Below, one piece after another: positions 63,291-64,000 of a stretch of 64,000 bases of DNA (its first letter is position 1; every line of letters starts with the position of its first letter). Made by a program: the position numbers and the translations under genes. The notes under the pieces were generated by a model. It did not search any database and was not told where the DNA came from. It saw only the letters and a program-made list of their open reading frames with translations. Source of the stretch: Malacoraja senta (lineage: Eukaryota); the NCBI GenBank assembly GCA_038087875.1, contig CM075981.1:67580001-67644000 (forward strand), in the 5' to 3' direction.

Positions 63291-63339
63291 CAAGAAATTA
63301 CTGCTTCTCTCTACCCACGAAATTATGCACTTGTAATAG

Positions 63340-63805
63340 GATGCAGCAGCGGTTCATGAGACTAACTCCTGGGATATGGTTTGTCAGATTGGCCTGTACT
63401 CTTCAGAGTTTAGAAACATGAATTGGTCTTACTGAAACATTCAATATTCTTCCAAGCTTTGACAGGGTGGGTTCAAGTACTGTTTCTCCTGGCGAAAGTG
63501 TCTCGAACCAAAGGTCATCATCTCAAAATTAGGGCTCTGTCATTCGAGACAGGTATGAGAAGAGATTTGTTTTCATCCAGTGGCAGTGGATCTTTGGAAT
63601 TCACCATGTTAGAGGACTGTGGAGTCTTATTTGTTGAGTATCTTCTAGACAATGACAATAGGTTTACGGATAGCATGAAAATCCAAGAGTCAGTGCAGGA
63701 AAGTGGTACTGAGGAAATAGATCAGCCATAATAAAATTAAATGGTGAAGTAATCACACTGAGCCAAAAATGGCATCCTCCTGCTTCATCTTCTTCTGTTC
63801 TTGTA
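63340..63805 (+). mobile_element. CR1 3' portion, diverged
   Basis: SRTKGHHLKIR motif in ORF 63423..63731. Confidence 0.7.
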
Positions 63806-64000
63806 AGTAGATTTTATGTTATGGTAAATTTGTTTGAGAGTTTATCAGCGCCTGTAAAGCTATTAGTTTCAATGTGCCAGCTTGTCTATATATCAGTAAC
63901 TTCATGAGAGAATTCATATCAGTGGGTGCAGGCAATCCATTTTGAATTGATATATACTTGAGCGCATTATGTCAATCTGCCTTAAAGTTTGATCAATGTG

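Overview
Vertebrate genomic DNA, most likely a cartilaginous fish (skate/ray-like repeat landscape; this is an inference). One protein-coding gene is supported: the paired-class homeobox gene UNCX (Uncx4.1) on the minus strand. It has three coding exons (55051-54796, 53914-53739, 51469-50420) encoding 493 aa, with a poly(A) signal near 50040. The gene sits in a nearly transposon-free, CpG-retaining domain (~43.7-60.6 kb) that contains two odd-length N runs. The other ~45 kb is a gene desert packed with CR1, Rex-Babar and Penelope-like (PLE) retroelement fragments, V-SINE/HE1-like SINEs and a composite non-autonomous Helitron, with some unique enhancer-like islands between them. The most striking system is a family of ~20 short PLE-derived insertions. 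Many are asymmetric fold-backs of 170-300 bp with 11-16 bp target-site duplications, and the best-preserved arms carry a minimal hammerhead-ribozyme core (CUGAAGA-A-stemII-GAAAC-GUH). The same core lies at the 3' end of a Neptune-type GIY-YIG PLE ORF at 396-1440. Almost all short ORFs in the supplied track are TE fragments or noise.
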